Of a stretch of DNA of 64,000 bases, positions 18,812-29,965 are shown piece by piece. This DNA is from a virus (lineage: Duplodnaviria > Caudoviricetes). The stretch covers positions 1-64,000 of IMG/VR virus record IMGVR_UViG_3300013307_000671. One strand, 5' to 3'. Each line of letters opens with the position of its first letter. Positions within the stretch are counted from its first letter, which is position 1. The notes under the pieces were generated by a model. It was not told the DNA's origin and did no database searches. It saw only the letters and a list, made by a program, of their open reading frames with translations. The position numbers were made by a program, and so were the translations under genes.

Positions 18812-19267
18812 TTACTGAATTGCCTCAATCGCTTCCTGAACGCTTCGAAATGAATGGTTATCAACTTTAGCGCTTTTATCTGACATGATCTTAACGGTAT
18901 AACCATTAAAAATAAAATCAGTAACGAAGTCTGGCGCATTATATTCAGCCTCTGTCATCAGGGACTGAACACTAGGTTCATTATAAAAATAATCACCACC
19001 GCCACAACTTGAGCGAGACTGGCTAACTTCTAAATAGAACACCTCACCATCAACTGTAATTTTCATTACAGCATCTTCCACATTTTGGTATCGACCTTCG
19101 TCAGTCCATTCACCTTCGGACACTTCTTCGCATTCAATACTGTAGCCCTTTTTCTCCAGATCACTACAAGCAGCATCGACATGAAATTCATAATAACGAT
19201 GATAAGAGCCGCTATTTTTGAAACTTTCCGCCAGCGCGGACTGAAGAATGCTTTTAATCGTTGACAT
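18812..19267 (-). CDS. Acidic hypothetical protein
   Basis: AGGA RBS. Confidence 0.7.
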   Translation of the reverse strand: MSTIKSILQSALAESFKNSGSYHRYYEFHVDAACSDLEKKGYSIECEEVSEGEWTDEGRYQNVEDAVMKITVDGEVFYLEVSQSRSSCGGGDYFYNEPSVQSLMTEAEYNAPDFVTDFIFNGYTVKIMSDKSAKVDNHSFRSVQEAIEAIQ

Positions 19268-19289
19268 ATTTATTCCTTTTCACGTTTGA

Positions 19290-19895
19290 TTAATGACTTT
19301 TCTTTTGAGTTTTCTTAACAACCTCAGAAAGAACATAAGACGGCGACGGTTTAAACTTCTTAATATCCTGATTCAGAGTAATCAGTGCTCGATGAAGCGC
19401 ATCAACATCTAAACCATAAGCAATCGCTTCTTTAAACAGATAAACCTTATAGTTAGTAAAGTTTATTTCATTTTTTTCAAACTTCTTATAAGCTTCATTA
19501 TAAATACGCTTTACTTCCTCTTCTGTCATGACAGAAAATACATTACTGGTCAGCTTATTAGGGATATCCTGAAGACGCTCAAAAAGCTCCTCAAGTTCAG
19601 TTTTAGGGCGATCCACTTTAAAGATAAGATGGTCTTCTTCCTTCGCTGCTTTTTCAATCCAGAACCCATTGCGACCGCTGTTTAATACAGAGTCAATCGT
19701 TAATGCGCGATCAGCGATTTTAGCATAGCCAAAAGAAAACTTATCACCTTTAGGGCCAACACCCTTAACAACATACTCTTTGCTCTTAGGGTGAGTCGCA
19801 ACCAGATCATGAGAAACCTTAAAGCCCTTCTTCTCTACCAAAGGCGATCTATTCAAAATAGCTTCAATATCTTCTTTAGAAAAACGTAAGCTCAT
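19290..19895 (-). CDS. Hypothetical protein
   Basis: GAGG RBS; TATAAT promoter upstream. Confidence 0.7.
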   Translation of the reverse strand: MSLRFSKEDIEAILNRSPLVEKKGFKVSHDLVATHPKSKEYVVKGVGPKGDKFSFGYAKIADRALTIDSVLNSGRNGFWIEKAAKEEDHLIFKVDRPKTELEELFERLQDIPNKLTSNVFSVMTEEEVKRIYNEAYKKFEKNEINFTNYKVYLFKEAIAYGLDVDALHRALITLNQDIKKFKPSPSYVLSEVVKKTQKKSH

Positions 19896-20134
19896 CTTCT
19901 TTCCTCACTGTTTTTGATAAGGAATTATACCAAAAAACAGTGTGATTTTAAAGCTTTTTCTTTGCCTTTCTATAACTTTAAAGCTTTCAAAATCATAGTC
20001 TTAATTGATGATTATATCAAGTGATTTTCCTTTACACAAAGAAAGACTCATCGGAAGACTATTATCTTCACTCAACAATCTTTTTTAAGCATAACTACTC
20101 CTTATAAAAAAAGCCTCCGAAGAGGCTCTTTATT

Positions 20135-20782
20135 TTATTTAAGGTTGTCAATTTCTTTATACACGTCCGCCCATTTATCCTCTACATGGATACAACCTAT
20201 AAAGTTATTATTAATCGGGCTTACGCTATTAATCTGCTCGTAAAGCCAATGCTGTGGCTTTGAACAAAGCTGCATCTCACCCACATAAACCAGCTTCACA
20301 CTACCGTTATCATTTTCAAGAGAGAAGCCCAATTTCCCCATAACCTCGCGAACGCCTTTGCGTTGGTTTTTGTTCAGTGATCCCGTATTGATTTTTACCC
20401 GAATTTGATCGGAACCACCTGTGATTTTCGACACCTCATCTTTAGTCGTCTCTATCAGATTCTGCCGTTTTTCGATAAAATCTTGCTTTATCTTATGACG
20501 CATCTTCTGATTGTTTTCAATATGTAAACTAATATTGTTGAGATGTGTCAATGCTTTCTCAAACTCGTCCTGTAGAACCGGATCAACCTGAACACCCGAA
20601 AGCCCCCTGATAACTTCAGTGAGTTTAAACGTATCATAGACACCCAAACCTAACACATCGGTATCAATATCTAATGGATACATCTCAAGCTGATTTTTCT
20701 CATCAAGCTTAAGTCCTTTAATTCCTGCTTTTGCTGCTTCAACAATATCGTTAACTGCTTCATTTTCAGTGGTATTTGTCAT
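20135..20782 (-). CDS. Hypothetical protein
   Basis: ORF flanked by promoter and terminator. Confidence 0.7.
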   Translation of the reverse strand: MTNTTENEAVNDIVEAAKAGIKGLKLDEKNQLEMYPLDIDTDVLGLGVYDTFKLTEVIRGLSGVQVDPVLQDEFEKALTHLNNISLHIENNQKMRHKIKQDFIEKRQNLIETTKDEVSKITGGSDQIRVKINTGSLNKNQRKGVREVMGKLGFSLENDNGSVKLVYVGEMQLCSKPQHWLYEQINSVSPINNNFIGCIHVEDKWADVYKEIDNLK

Positions 20783-20879
20783 AATAACTTTATCCTATTT
20801 TATCATGCCAAGTATACTTTATTTGATTATTAAGTACAACACTTAAAACAAAAAAGCCACCCGAAGGCAGCTTTACTTT

Positions 20880-21521
20880 TTAACGAATCTGAACTTTACC
20901 ATAGAAATCCCGGCTTGCTACCACTCGTTGTTTTTTCGTTTTACTGTTGGTAAAAGTCAGGCAACGTTTTTTCTGCAGCAGATCATGTTGTGCTTTCGTT
21001 AAAAGAACCTCTTCACCCTCTACTGAGAGATACTTAAAGCGGTAAATAGCGCGAGGCTTTCTGGCAGGTGCCATTGTTTTAAATCTTCTTGTAGATGCGG
21101 ATAGTTCTCCACCCAGCATTGCACAAATAGCTTTAAACTCTCTGCCATGAGGTTTTATTTTTCGCCCCTTAACGTTGAAGTTAATAAAACATACCAGATG
21201 CGCCACCTCATGAGGGACTACTTTATCCAGCACATACTCTACATCTTCAGAGATGGCGCGGATGTCAAACTCAAGACCCAACTTATAGCCCATTACTGCG
21301 CTAGCATCTCTCTTAAATGTTGCCAGCGCTACCGCACGGCTTCCCTGACGAAAAGATAATGAGACACCTGAATGACTGATCTTACCAGGCAAATCTAACA
21401 CATCAGCCTGAGCAATCACTTCCTTTACACGCTTTTCAAGACGCGTAATGATATCACGTAATACTTCTTCAGACGGCGCACCGGATAACGTGGTTTTGTT
21501 TAGCAAGGAGGATTTGATCAT
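20880..21521 (-). CDS. SprT-like zinc metalloprotease
   Basis: 'VVPHEVAHL', 'KPHGREFKAI'. Confidence 0.88.
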   Translation of the reverse strand: MIKSSLLNKTTLSGAPSEEVLRDIITRLEKRVKEVIAQADVLDLPGKISHSGVSLSFRQGSRAVALATFKRDASAVMGYKLGLEFDIRAISEDVEYVLDKVVPHEVAHLVCFINFNVKGRKIKPHGREFKAICAMLGGELSASTRRFKTMAPARKPRAIYRFKYLSVEGEEVLLTKAQHDLLQKKRCLTFTNSKTKKQRVVASRDFYGKVQIR

Positions 21522-21552
21522 GGCTTTTCTCTCATTAGTGTCTATGAGAAAT

Positions 21553-21585
21553 AGTATAACCGACTTATCCCTTTATGACAACAAG
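21553..21585 (-). promoter_or_regulatory. sigma70 promoter whose -35 is the GTTGTC box
   Basis: TTG-TTGTCA-17 bp-TATACT. Confidence 0.75.
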
Positions 21586-21866
21586 ATAAGTCGGTTTTTT
21601 GCTATTTTTTACTTTCTCATGCAGAGCGACTTTAATCGCTTAATGTTGAAGGCAATGCCAGCAGAAAGCATAAACAAGCAGTTTACAACGGGAACCGCTG
21701 AGAACACCACATGCATCACTTTAAGATATTTAATGCGTTTAACATTTTCCGCTTTTACATCATCCAGCATGATTGTGTGGATCATGTAAACCGTCATAGC
21801 GGTAGTGAGATACACCACGCCCACCACCATTGAAAGGAAACTTACATGCATTTTTAGCTCCTTGAG

Positions 21867-22520
21867 TTAAAAGCGATCTTCTTCACAATAAGTGTATTGT
21901 TCGACCAGAATAGCTTTTGCCTTAATCAGCGTTTCAGCCAAATCATCATTCCAGTCAACCAGAACCACGCTATGAAAACGTGTAGCACTCCCTACAGCAT
22001 ATTTACCGTCTTTTTCGATCAAATGAAGACCACCTTCAAAGCTGTCATAGTCGAAAGTATCATTCAACAGGATTTCAAAGAAACGATAACCTGAAATCTT
22101 TTCATCATTAAAGTTAACTTCTTTTTGAATCGGTTTAATGATTTTCAGAGGTTGCTTAATCAGATATGCCGACATCGCCCGAATTTCTTCGTCAGTTTTA
22201 TCTGATAAACGCATCTGCAGAGCCACCTGATTATTTTCACCATACAGACCATCGCTTTGCAGGCCATGCTCCCAAAAATACTTATGATGGAAGTTGTAAA
22301 TTCCATCATGATGGCCCGTCTGAGAATAATCCATTAAAAACGCAACATCTTCATCAGAGCCAGAGAAATTCTCAAGAAATACATCGAGCATGTGCTGACG
22401 GGCAGCCAGCCTGCGATCCTGAATCTCTTTACGCTGACGCGCAAGCTCTTTCAGTGTCTCTTCCGTGCTCTCTACTTCGCTTTTGTATGCCGCCTGAGCT
22501 GCTAAGAATGCGCTATTCAT
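21867..22520 (-). CDS. Hypothetical protein
   Basis: GAGG RBS; promoter TATAAT-GACAAC. Confidence 0.7.
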   Translation of the reverse strand: MNSAFLAAQAAYKSEVESTEETLKELARQRKEIQDRRLAARQHMLDVFLENFSGSDEDVAFLMDYSQTGHHDGIYNFHHKYFWEHGLQSDGLYGENNQVALQMRLSDKTDEEIRAMSAYLIKQPLKIIKPIQKEVNFNDEKISGYRFFEILLNDTFDYDSFEGGLHLIEKDGKYAVGSATRFHSVVLVDWNDDLAETLIKAKAILVEQYTYCEEDRF

Positions 22521-22618
22521 GTCTTACCTCATTTTTGTTTAGGTTGTCATTATAACCATAACGAGCATCAACCACAATCATTATTTAACAAAAAAGCCAC
22601 CGAAGTGGCTTTGTATTA

Positions 22619-23071
22619 TTAGTGAGCATGTAGAGCATTGTTATATCTAGCAAAAGCTTCGGCAAGTTTGCGCAAATCTTTATCGATATTGCGAATAACT
22701 TCTTCCAGATATTTATCTTCAACACTTACGCTCGAAAGAGGAGTAAACGCTTGAGAGCGAATATTGCTGATTTTGTTATTTTCAAGAGAAACAATCATAG
22801 CCATCAAAGAAAAATCTTCGTTATCTATGACAGGTTTTTGACATGATTCATCAAACTGACTCGTGAATAAACCTTCCATTTTTCTTATAAGGTTATTTAC
22901 ACGTTCTTCAATTTTAAGACTGTTTTCAGTATAGCCCTTTACCGCCCCAGCAGGCAGATATGGCATAACCATCCAGTGCTCACCTTTCAGTTTCTCTATA
23001 TAGCTTTTAGCAGCAAATTTCAAAACTCTCAGATCGTCAGAAGTAAATACTTCTTTTTCAGTTGTCATCAC
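22619..23071 (-). CDS. Hypothetical protein
   Basis: ORF followed by a terminator. Confidence 0.65.
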   Translation of the reverse strand: MMTTEKEVFTSDDLRVLKFAAKSYIEKLKGEHWMVMPYLPAGAVKGYTENSLKIEERVNNLIRKMEGLFTSQFDESCQKPVIDNEDFSLMAMIVSLENNKISNIRSQAFTPLSSVSVEDKYLEEVIRNIDKDLRKLAEAFARYNNALHAH

Positions 23072-23092
23072 TGTTGCCCTTTATGATTAAGA

Positions 23093-23620
23093 TTATGCTA
23101 TTTTACAATATTTTGTTGTCTTGCACAAGGATTTTATTGAATCATGCCATTTATCAGACAGACACTCAATTTCCATCCAAAAAGACACCTCATCATGATA
23201 AAAAGGATAGCTTATTTCAGAACCTTTCATCACAGGCGGCCCAGCATGTCGCTCAATATCAAAAAGAATCCATTCCTTATCACGCCATGTGTATTTATGC
23301 ATTTTTACGCAAAGATGATGAAAGGTCATTTCAGAAACATGTTTACAGTCAAGCGTCGTGCCTAAGAAAGAGCGCAGCCTGAACGGATCAGGCCGAGGAA
23401 TATTTACTCCCATAATACGAGAAAGCTCAGACACCTCCTCATCTGTAAAGGCTTTATGCCTAAATGATGGATTGTTAAGAGAAAAATGATAATCAATATC
23501 ATCCTTATGAGCATATTGCTCTGCAGCCTTTTTTGCTTCTAAAGCGTCTTTATTGCGCTTCTCTACATAAAAAAACAGTGCCACAGCACACAGAATGAAA
23601 ACAGCCTGCCAGAATGACAT
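23093..23620 (-). CDS. Hypothetical protein with N-terminal TM
   Basis: Hydrophobic N-terminus; GAGG RBS. Confidence 0.65.
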   Translation of the reverse strand: MSFWQAVFILCAVALFFYVEKRNKDALEAKKAAEQYAHKDDIDYHFSLNNPSFRHKAFTDEEVSELSRIMGVNIPRPDPFRLRSFLGTTLDCKHVSEMTFHHLCVKMHKYTWRDKEWILFDIERHAGPPVMKGSEISYPFYHDEVSFWMEIECLSDKWHDSIKSLCKTTKYCKIA

Positions 23621-23649
23621 ATTCGCCTCATTAAGCCCCGAAGGGCTTT

Positions 23650-24150
23650 TTATGCCTGAATGAACTTGAGATGCGCTTCACTGATCTCAAGCAGTAGCTT
23701 GTTTAACTGAACACACATCGCTCGCGCCGCTTCAATATCTTCCATCTGGAAACTCAAAGGAATCCCATGCGTAAATGTTTCCTCCGCCATGTCAGAATGA
23801 GGATGAACAAATCGCGGATGATAAAGCATCTTCTCATGCTCAAAATCCGCAGCGCCGTATTCGCGCACAAAACAATCTTTAATGTTGGCCTTACAGTAAG
23901 CAGAAAGGCTTTCGACTGGATCAACACCTTGTTCCTCTAACTGCTCCAGCAAAGACGCAACCGCTTCCTGAATAAAACGCTCGCACTCCTTCAGATTCTC
24001 ATTAGCCTCATCAGCATAGAAAACTGAAGAAAAACACGCAATTCCTTCAGGAAAATCCGTTTTGCTCATATCAAAGAAATCGGGCGAAATTACCACATTA
24101 AAAAAATGCGGCTTCACTTCTTTCAGCTTAAACCAGTTTGCCTGCTTCAT
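23650..24150 (-). CDS. Hypothetical protein
   Basis: AGGTG RBS. Confidence 0.65.
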   Translation of the reverse strand: MKQANWFKLKEVKPHFFNVVISPDFFDMSKTDFPEGIACFSSVFYADEANENLKECERFIQEAVASLLEQLEEQGVDPVESLSAYCKANIKDCFVREYGAADFEHEKMLYHPRFVHPHSDMAEETFTHGIPLSFQMEDIEAARAMCVQLNKLLLEISEAHLKFIQA

Positions 24151-24160
24151 TTTTCACCTT

Positions 24161-24466
24161 TTAATCAAAATAGCTTTCGTATTCTGACGCAGGAACGCGC
24201 TCTGCGACAATCTCAATCTTTAAAGAAGGATTATCCAAATCAGTCGGATCCCATTCTTCCTTTCCGGTCTCCACCACGCAATCAAGCGCTTTCAAATAAT
24301 CTTCTGTGCGGAAGTTTCCATAGCAGATACCGCCTGAACACACGCGCCATACAATTTTTTTCTCTTCACGCCGCTTAGCATCCAGCATTTTCCCTGCTTT
24401 TTCATAACAGCACTTTAACTGCGCTTCACTCAAACCATTTAAATAATCTGGAATACTGGTCATCAT
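24161..24466 (-). CDS. Hypothetical protein
   Basis: GAGGTG RBS. Confidence 0.65.
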   Translation of the reverse strand: MMTSIPDYLNGLSEAQLKCCYEKAGKMLDAKRREEKKIVWRVCSGGICYGNFRTEDYLKALDCVVETGKEEWDPTDLDNPSLKIEIVAERVPASEYESYFD

Positions 24467-24511
24467 TTCACCTCTTTTAAAAAAGAAAAGCCACCCGAAG
24501 GTGGCATAGTA

Positions 24512-24793
24512 TTACGCTGACTTTAAGGCAACCAAATCAGCATCATGCTCATAGCCAAAACCAGAGCCTTTGATTACACAGTTCAGATCGCCTGTCGCTT
24601 GACAAAGCGCATCCAGCTTGTCCATATTGCCTTTTGTTGAACTGAGGAAAGCCTCATGCGTTTCCAGCACTTCATCGTTAACCACAATCGCTACTTTCAG
24701 GTTATTACGGTTAGCAGGAACGGGATTGCCCGGATGAATCACAAAACGTCCCAGCACTTCACCACTTTTAGATACTACAGCCAGATCAGTCAT
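24512..24793 (-). CDS. Hypothetical protein
   Basis: GAGG RBS; own promoter and terminator. Confidence 0.65.
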   Translation of the reverse strand: MTDLAVVSKSGEVLGRFVIHPGNPVPANRNNLKVAIVVNDEVLETHEAFLSSTKGNMDKLDALCQATGDLNCVIKGSGFGYEHDADLVALKSA

Positions 24794-24862
24794 TTTAACC
24801 TCAGATTAGTCAGTCAGTGTTTTGCTTTGTTGTTGACATTATAACCTCAACAACTACTCAAA

Positions 24863-25135
24863 TCAAGCCTTTTCTATCTCAAGATTGAGCACCATAAAGA
24901 AGCGTTTCTGCAGCTCCGTCGCATGAGCATAAATGATACCATCAAACATATCAGGATCATTACAGCGAATCTTTAAGCACCATGCCGCTTTCAGCGCATC
25001 TTCTTTTTGTTCAAGCGTAGTAGAAGCCGATTCCATTACTTCACGCTGCGCACGCATCTCATCAGAAAAATCTTTACGCGTCCAGCCAATACAAGGCCCG
25101 AAACCTACAGCTAAATCAAAGTCTAACGTTTTCAT
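24863..25135 (-). CDS. Hypothetical protein
   Basis: AGGTG RBS. Confidence 0.6.
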   Translation of the reverse strand: MKTLDFDLAVGFGPCIGWTRKDFSDEMRAQREVMESASTTLEQKEDALKAAWCLKIRCNDPDMFDGIIYAHATELQKRFFMVLNLEIEKA

Positions 25136-25227
25136 TTTTCACCTTTAAGAAGCCGCCTCAATGTTGCCATTATAGCTTATCCGTGAATAACTAACAACAA
25201 AAAGCCACCCGAAGGTGGCTCTTATTT

Positions 25228-25893
25228 TTATACATGCATCAGATTTAATCCGGGAAGTAGCAACCTCACACCATCAGCAATCAGCTCTATTGCCAACGCC
25301 ATCAGAAGTAAGCTCAACACCTTTGTCAGGATATTCATTCCGGTAATGCCTATCATGCGTTTAATTTTATCCGCGCTCTTAAAGATGTAATAGATAATCA
25401 CGGAGATAAGCGCTGCTGATACAATAATATAGAAATATCCCAAGAAGCTATGATATTTACTCGCTGTCACTATGGCAAGACTCATTGTTCCCGGACCTGT
25501 AAGCATAGGAATCGTCAAAGGCACTACCGCAATACCAACACCTTTCCCAGCGCTATCAGCCTTTTCCTCTGGCGTCTGTGTGCGTTGCTCATCTTTTGCC
25601 ATCATCATATTGTATGAGATAGTGCTTAGTAAAATACCGCCGCCGACCTGGAAGGCAGGAATACTAATACCGAATATTTTCAGTATAATCTCTCCGGCAA
25701 CTGCTGAGATAAATAACACACAAAATGTGCTGATAGCGCTTATTTTCACCACACGATTTTTTGTCGGCAAATCCATACCGCCTGTTAGAGAAAGATAAAC
25801 CGGGATGATAGCAAGAGGATTGATAATAACAAAAAGTGCGATAAATGTCTTTAAAAGCTCTGTAGCGTATTCCATGATTGAGGATTGTTCCAT
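25228..25893 (-). CDS. MarC/YchE-family (NAAT) membrane protein
   Basis: 'LFVIINPL', 'FGISIPAFQVGGGILL', 'VVPLTIPMLTGPGTMS'. Confidence 0.92.
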   Translation of the reverse strand: MEQSSIMEYATELLKTFIALFVIINPLAIIPVYLSLTGGMDLPTKNRVVKISAISTFCVLFISAVAGEIILKIFGISIPAFQVGGGILLSTISYNMMMAKDEQRTQTPEEKADSAGKGVGIAVVPLTIPMLTGPGTMSLAIVTASKYHSFLGYFYIIVSAALISVIIYYIFKSADKIKRMIGITGMNILTKVLSLLLMALAIELIADGVRLLLPGLNLMHV

Positions 25894-26008
25894 ATATAAA
25901 AGGTTAAGATGCGATGCGTATTAAACAATAATTTCTTTGCGTTATCAATAGCACCTTCAAAGATAAAAAAAGCCACCTACTGGCAGCTTTTCATTACACA
26001 TTTTGTGA

Positions 26009-26734
26009 TCACCATCCCGTTCCATGTCTGTAAGTCTCATAACGAAAAACCGTTTGGGATTCTTCATTACGAGTGATATTTACTTTCATGCGATCTAACA
26101 TCTCAGCCATTCCAGTAAACAGATTATTGGTATGCTGACTCAACAGATAATGAACTAAACCTTTTTTCTTTGCCTCATCTTTTCCCTTCACAGACCAAAG
26201 CGCCTGATTGGAAAACTCAGACACGTAAAAATGTCCGGTGAGTTCCTCTTTAGCAGACTCCAGATAGTCAGCGTAATAACGCTTGCAATGCTCCAGAACA
26301 GCCTCTGCTGAATCATACACACCACAAGCATCATAATACTTGCCTTCATGCTTATAAAGCACATGGCTATATCCTGCTTTCACGCCAATCAGATCCATTT
26401 TCTCATAAGCACTTTCTGTGATAATCTCATCAGGAGAAGACTCATGACTTTTATTACCAATCGTCATGATAGCGAAGCCACTATTTTCATTGCCAAAGAG
26501 TAAATCAAGAAATCCAGCGAAATGACCACAACCGCCTTTCATAAAAGCCTGCGTTTGCCTGATTTCCGCCTTTGAGAAGTAGCTTACAAAAGCTTCCAAG
26601 CCCATCTCTTTAGCCAGAACAGAGAAACGCCAATAAGTTGACTCCAGCTCCTCAAGCTCTTTTTTATAAACATTATAACCGCGCTTGCGCTGAACAAACC
26701 GAAAGTATTTCTTGATTTCTTCGTAAGGCAACAT
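26009..26734 (-). CDS. Hypothetical protein, possible papain-like Cys-His-Asp fold
   Basis: 'FMKGGCGHFA', 'SHVLYK', 'YYDACG'. Confidence 0.5.
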   Translation of the reverse strand: MLPYEEIKKYFRFVQRKRGYNVYKKELEELESTYWRFSVLAKEMGLEAFVSYFSKAEIRQTQAFMKGGCGHFAGFLDLLFGNENSGFAIMTIGNKSHESSPDEIITESAYEKMDLIGVKAGYSHVLYKHEGKYYDACGVYDSAEAVLEHCKRYYADYLESAKEELTGHFYVSEFSNQALWSVKGKDEAKKKGLVHYLLSQHTNNLFTGMAEMLDRMKVNITRNEESQTVFRYETYRHGTGW

Positions 26735-26828
26735 TATGCGTTCTTCCCATGTGATTTTCTAAACTCATTATATGACAACACCAGATCTTACGCAAACCTT
26801 TTCAAACAAAAAACCACCCGAAGGTGGC

Positions 26829-27185
26829 TTAGTATTTTACGTAAGAAACGCCATTTTTTACGCGATAGCAAATGTCTTTGTAGTTCTCGACAACGCTATA
26901 GCGTGAGCCATCTGCTTTTTCATAAGTGGCAAGCTCGAATCCCCATACGCTGCCTACCGGGATATCTCGCCAGCTATTACAGTGTTTCGAAACATAAAGC
27001 CTTTGCCACACATAGCCTGTTTTGACATCCTTGATGGTAATATAAACATGCTTTGGTGGATCAAGCTCCATCAACTCATACTGACGATACTCACGCCCTA
27101 CCAGTTTATCTGGAGGGCTTCCCGCATCACAACCAGACAGCAAACACACAAAAGCAAAAATCCATACTGAAATAAGCTTCTTCAT
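26829..27185 (-). CDS. Putative lipoprotein
   Basis: Lipobox 'LLSGC'. Confidence 0.7.
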   Translation of the reverse strand: MKKLISVWIFAFVCLLSGCDAGSPPDKLVGREYRQYELMELDPPKHVYITIKDVKTGYVWQRLYVSKHCNSWRDIPVGSVWGFELATYEKADGSRYSVVENYKDICYRVKNGVSYVKY

Positions 27186-27194
27186 ATCGTTCCC

Positions 27195-27449
27195 TTAGCG
27201 CCAGCGAATGCCATCATCACAGGTATATTTATTCTCTTCCGTTAAGACCGGATAAGAACCTATGATTTGACCTTTATCCCCATACATATACTGAATATAG
27301 TAGCTTTCGCGTGTCTCGCCAGTTTTCTGACAGTGCTGCTCTTTCATCGTGTTAGAATCAAAAATAAGCAACGCAGCAATCGGGCTTATGACAGCCAAAC
27401 CTATCGATAGGCCTATCACAGCAGCTTTTACGTTATCTTTCATGTTCAT
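27195..27449 (-). CDS. Small membrane-anchored protein
   Basis: N-terminal TM; GAGGTG RBS. Confidence 0.6.
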   Translation of the reverse strand: MNMKDNVKAAVIGLSIGLAVISPIAALLIFDSNTMKEQHCQKTGETRESYYIQYMYGDKGQIIGSYPVLTEENKYTCDDGIRWR

Positions 27450-27717
27450 TCATCACCTCGGCTTAACATGGTTGTCATTATAGCAAAACCCGCAGTCAAA
27501 TACTATGATTATTCAATCTATTCTAAGTTTGCCTTAATAAATACCTTCAAAAGCTATAAAATATGATAAGACGAGACCAAATAAGACAGGAACTCCATTG
27601 TAAGCCAATGATTTTACGATGTAAGCCATTTTTCCGCCTCATGTTTTTAAATTTGAGTTGTCATTATATAGAGACAACATCTTAAAATCAACATAAAATT
27701 TGAACAGTATTCAAGCA

Positions 27718-28059
27718 CTAAATACTGAACGATGAGCCACATCCACAGGTTGTCTTCGCATTCGGATTCGCAACGATAAACCTTGAGCCATCCAATCCTT
27801 CTGTAAAATCTATCGTGCTTCCTACCAGATACTGCAGACTCATGGGATCAACTACAACAGCAACATCGCCTTTGTCAATCACAATGTCGCCTTCAGTCAT
27901 CGAGCTATCAAACGTGAAACCATACTGAAAGCCGCTACAGCCACCACCAGTGATATATACTCTCAGTTTAACGTCTTTATCCGTCTCATCTTTCAGCAGC
28001 ACCGCTAAACGTTTAAACGCCGCATCGGTAACTTTCACTAAGTCAAACAATGTATTCAT
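27718..28059 (-). CDS. erpA: Fe-S cluster insertion protein ErpA
   Basis: '[20 protein letters not shown]', '[11 protein letters not shown]', '[16 protein letters not shown]'. Confidence 0.95.
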   Translation of the reverse strand: MNTLFDLVKVTDAAFKRLAVLLKDETDKDVKLRVYITGGGCSGFQYGFTFDSSMTEGDIVIDKGDVAVVVDPMSLQYLVGSTIDFTEGLDGSRFIVANPNAKTTCGCGSSFSI

Positions 28060-28528
28060 AGCTATCTCCTATTGATTTATGCTTTTATATAGTTTTATTT
28101 ATACATTTTTAACCAATGCGAGTCAAAAATAAAAAAGACCGCCAGAGCAGTCTTTTCCTTTTATTTTTTAGCCTGACTAATCATTTTTTTTTCAGGTAGG
28201 CCTCAAACTCTTTTTGGGCCTTCTCACTTAAAACCTCCAAGCCGACTTGTTTAAACATGAAGTCTTCCGCCACACTTCCAGTTTTATACAGAGGGAAAAG
28301 CCATTTCTTATGCTTTTCAACTACATTTGCTTTTATGGGCTTTTTCAGCCAGTAATGGATTTTAAACTCAAGAACCAACAGAGAGACAAAGGTTTTTTCA
28401 ATAAATGTTAACCAGTATTTTTTCATTTTATTAGCCATGCTTGTGTGTCAGGAACGTCATCATAACAGCTTTCCTTATCCTGACCAACAAAAAAGCCACC
28501 CGGAGGCAGCTTTTAAGATTAACTTTAC

Positions 28529-29224
28529 TTATTTATTCGCATGGATGTATTTGTTTACCGCATTATGACCATTTCGGCCTTTGTCGCGTAAACTCATCAG
28601 TTCCTCGATACTCTTTTCTTCGTCGTCCTTATACCAGTCGTCAAGCGTAAAGGCCTCGCCAGCAGAGATGACTGTAGGCTCAACACCTTCTTTCTGGATC
28701 TGCCTCATCATATCTTTTGAATGGGTAACAACAACCAAACCTACGAAGTGCTCCTCATCCTTAAGCGCGTTATATTGCTCAACCAGATATTTTCCCATCG
28801 CCTTCTCATAACCTAAAGACAGACCAATGGTTGGCTCATCAAGAACAAGCAGCATTGATGTAGGCGACTGTTTATCTGTGGCATAGGCCTTGATATTATG
28901 AAAAGCCCCAGCAATCGCATGAAGTGTAGTAACACCTGTAGAGTGATCGCGCTCATCCTGATACACGAACATCTTTTCCATAGAATCACCAGCAGTGCGC
29001 CGAGCCATGCTGATATTATATCCCTTAATACCATGCCAGCCTTTTCCCGCCACCAGCAGTGTATTGGTGATAAGGCTTTTACCTGTCGCATTGCTGCCAA
29101 TCACTACCAGAAACTTACTGGCAGCTTCTTTGGTAAGAAAAGACGGCAACGGAAAACTCTCATCACCTATCATTCCCTCATTATGCGCCTCTTTGAATAA
29201 CTCTAAAGCATTAATAACTGACAT
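28529..29224 (-). CDS. Stand-alone ABC-type ATPase
   Basis: Walker A 'GSNATGKS', Walker B 'LLVLDEP', H-loop 'VVTHS'. Confidence 0.8.
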   Translation of the reverse strand: MSVINALELFKEAHNEGMIGDESFPLPSFLTKEAASKFLVVIGSNATGKSLITNTLLVAGKGWHGIKGYNISMARRTAGDSMEKMFVYQDERDHSTGVTTLHAIAGAFHNIKAYATDKQSPTSMLLVLDEPTIGLSLGYEKAMGKYLVEQYNALKDEEHFVGLVVVTHSKDMMRQIQKEGVEPTVISAGEAFTLDDWYKDDEEKSIEELMSLRDKGRNGHNAVNKYIHANK

Positions 29225-29233
29225 GACCTCTCC

Positions 29234-29518
29234 TTAGTCGAGACGAATAGCTGGATTTAGAAACATCGGATTACATACAGTGCCTGATACCACTTTACTC
29301 CCAGGATCTTTCGCTGTAAAATTTGTAGCCCTTTCATCTTCCTCACAGGCAAACAGACTTCCCATAGAAACAGAAACCTCTGTGTAGCCTTGCTCTTCAA
29401 GGAAAGACTTAGCCTTTGAAGAGCCAGAAAAACAATGATAATAAACAGAAACTGTAATAATTACTACAGCCGCTACCACCATTCCAACACGACTTAGCTC
29501 CGCATTACGTTTAGCCAT
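29234..29518 (-). CDS. Membrane-anchored hypothetical protein (phage-like)
   Basis: N-terminal TM; 'LEEQGYTEV...FAC...TNFTA'. Confidence 0.6.
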   Translation of the reverse strand: MAKRNAELSRVGMVVAAVVIITVSVYYHCFSGSSKAKSFLEEQGYTEVSVSMGSLFACEEDERATNFTAKDPGSKVVSGTVCNPMFLNPAIRLD

Positions 29519-29965
29519 TTCTTATACCTCCATCGCTTTAAGTGTCATTTTGTTAGTCAGGCTGCGAGTATACGCCTTCCATTTTTTCATATAGATAACA
29601 GCCAGACCAGTGTTAACAACAGCAATAACAGCCAGAATACAGTAAACAGCGTTCATAGTGATTTCCTTTAAGGAGTAAAGTGAGTATCGCGTTTCAATAA
29701 GGTAAGTATAGCAACACATGTTGTCTTAATCAACATAAAAAAAGCCACTGATGTGGCTTTAGGAATATCTTTATTGCTTGACCAGCTTCAGCTTACCAAG
29801 CACCGTATGAGCCTTATCAACAGCGTTCATTTTATCAACAAAAGTCGGCTCAGCTTCACCTGACGCGGGAGCCAGACATCGTAAGGCCAGTCGCAGAGCA
29901 TCCTCCATTTCTTCTAATAACTTATCTTTATAGCTCGCTTCTTCTTTATGACTCATCGCTTTTCC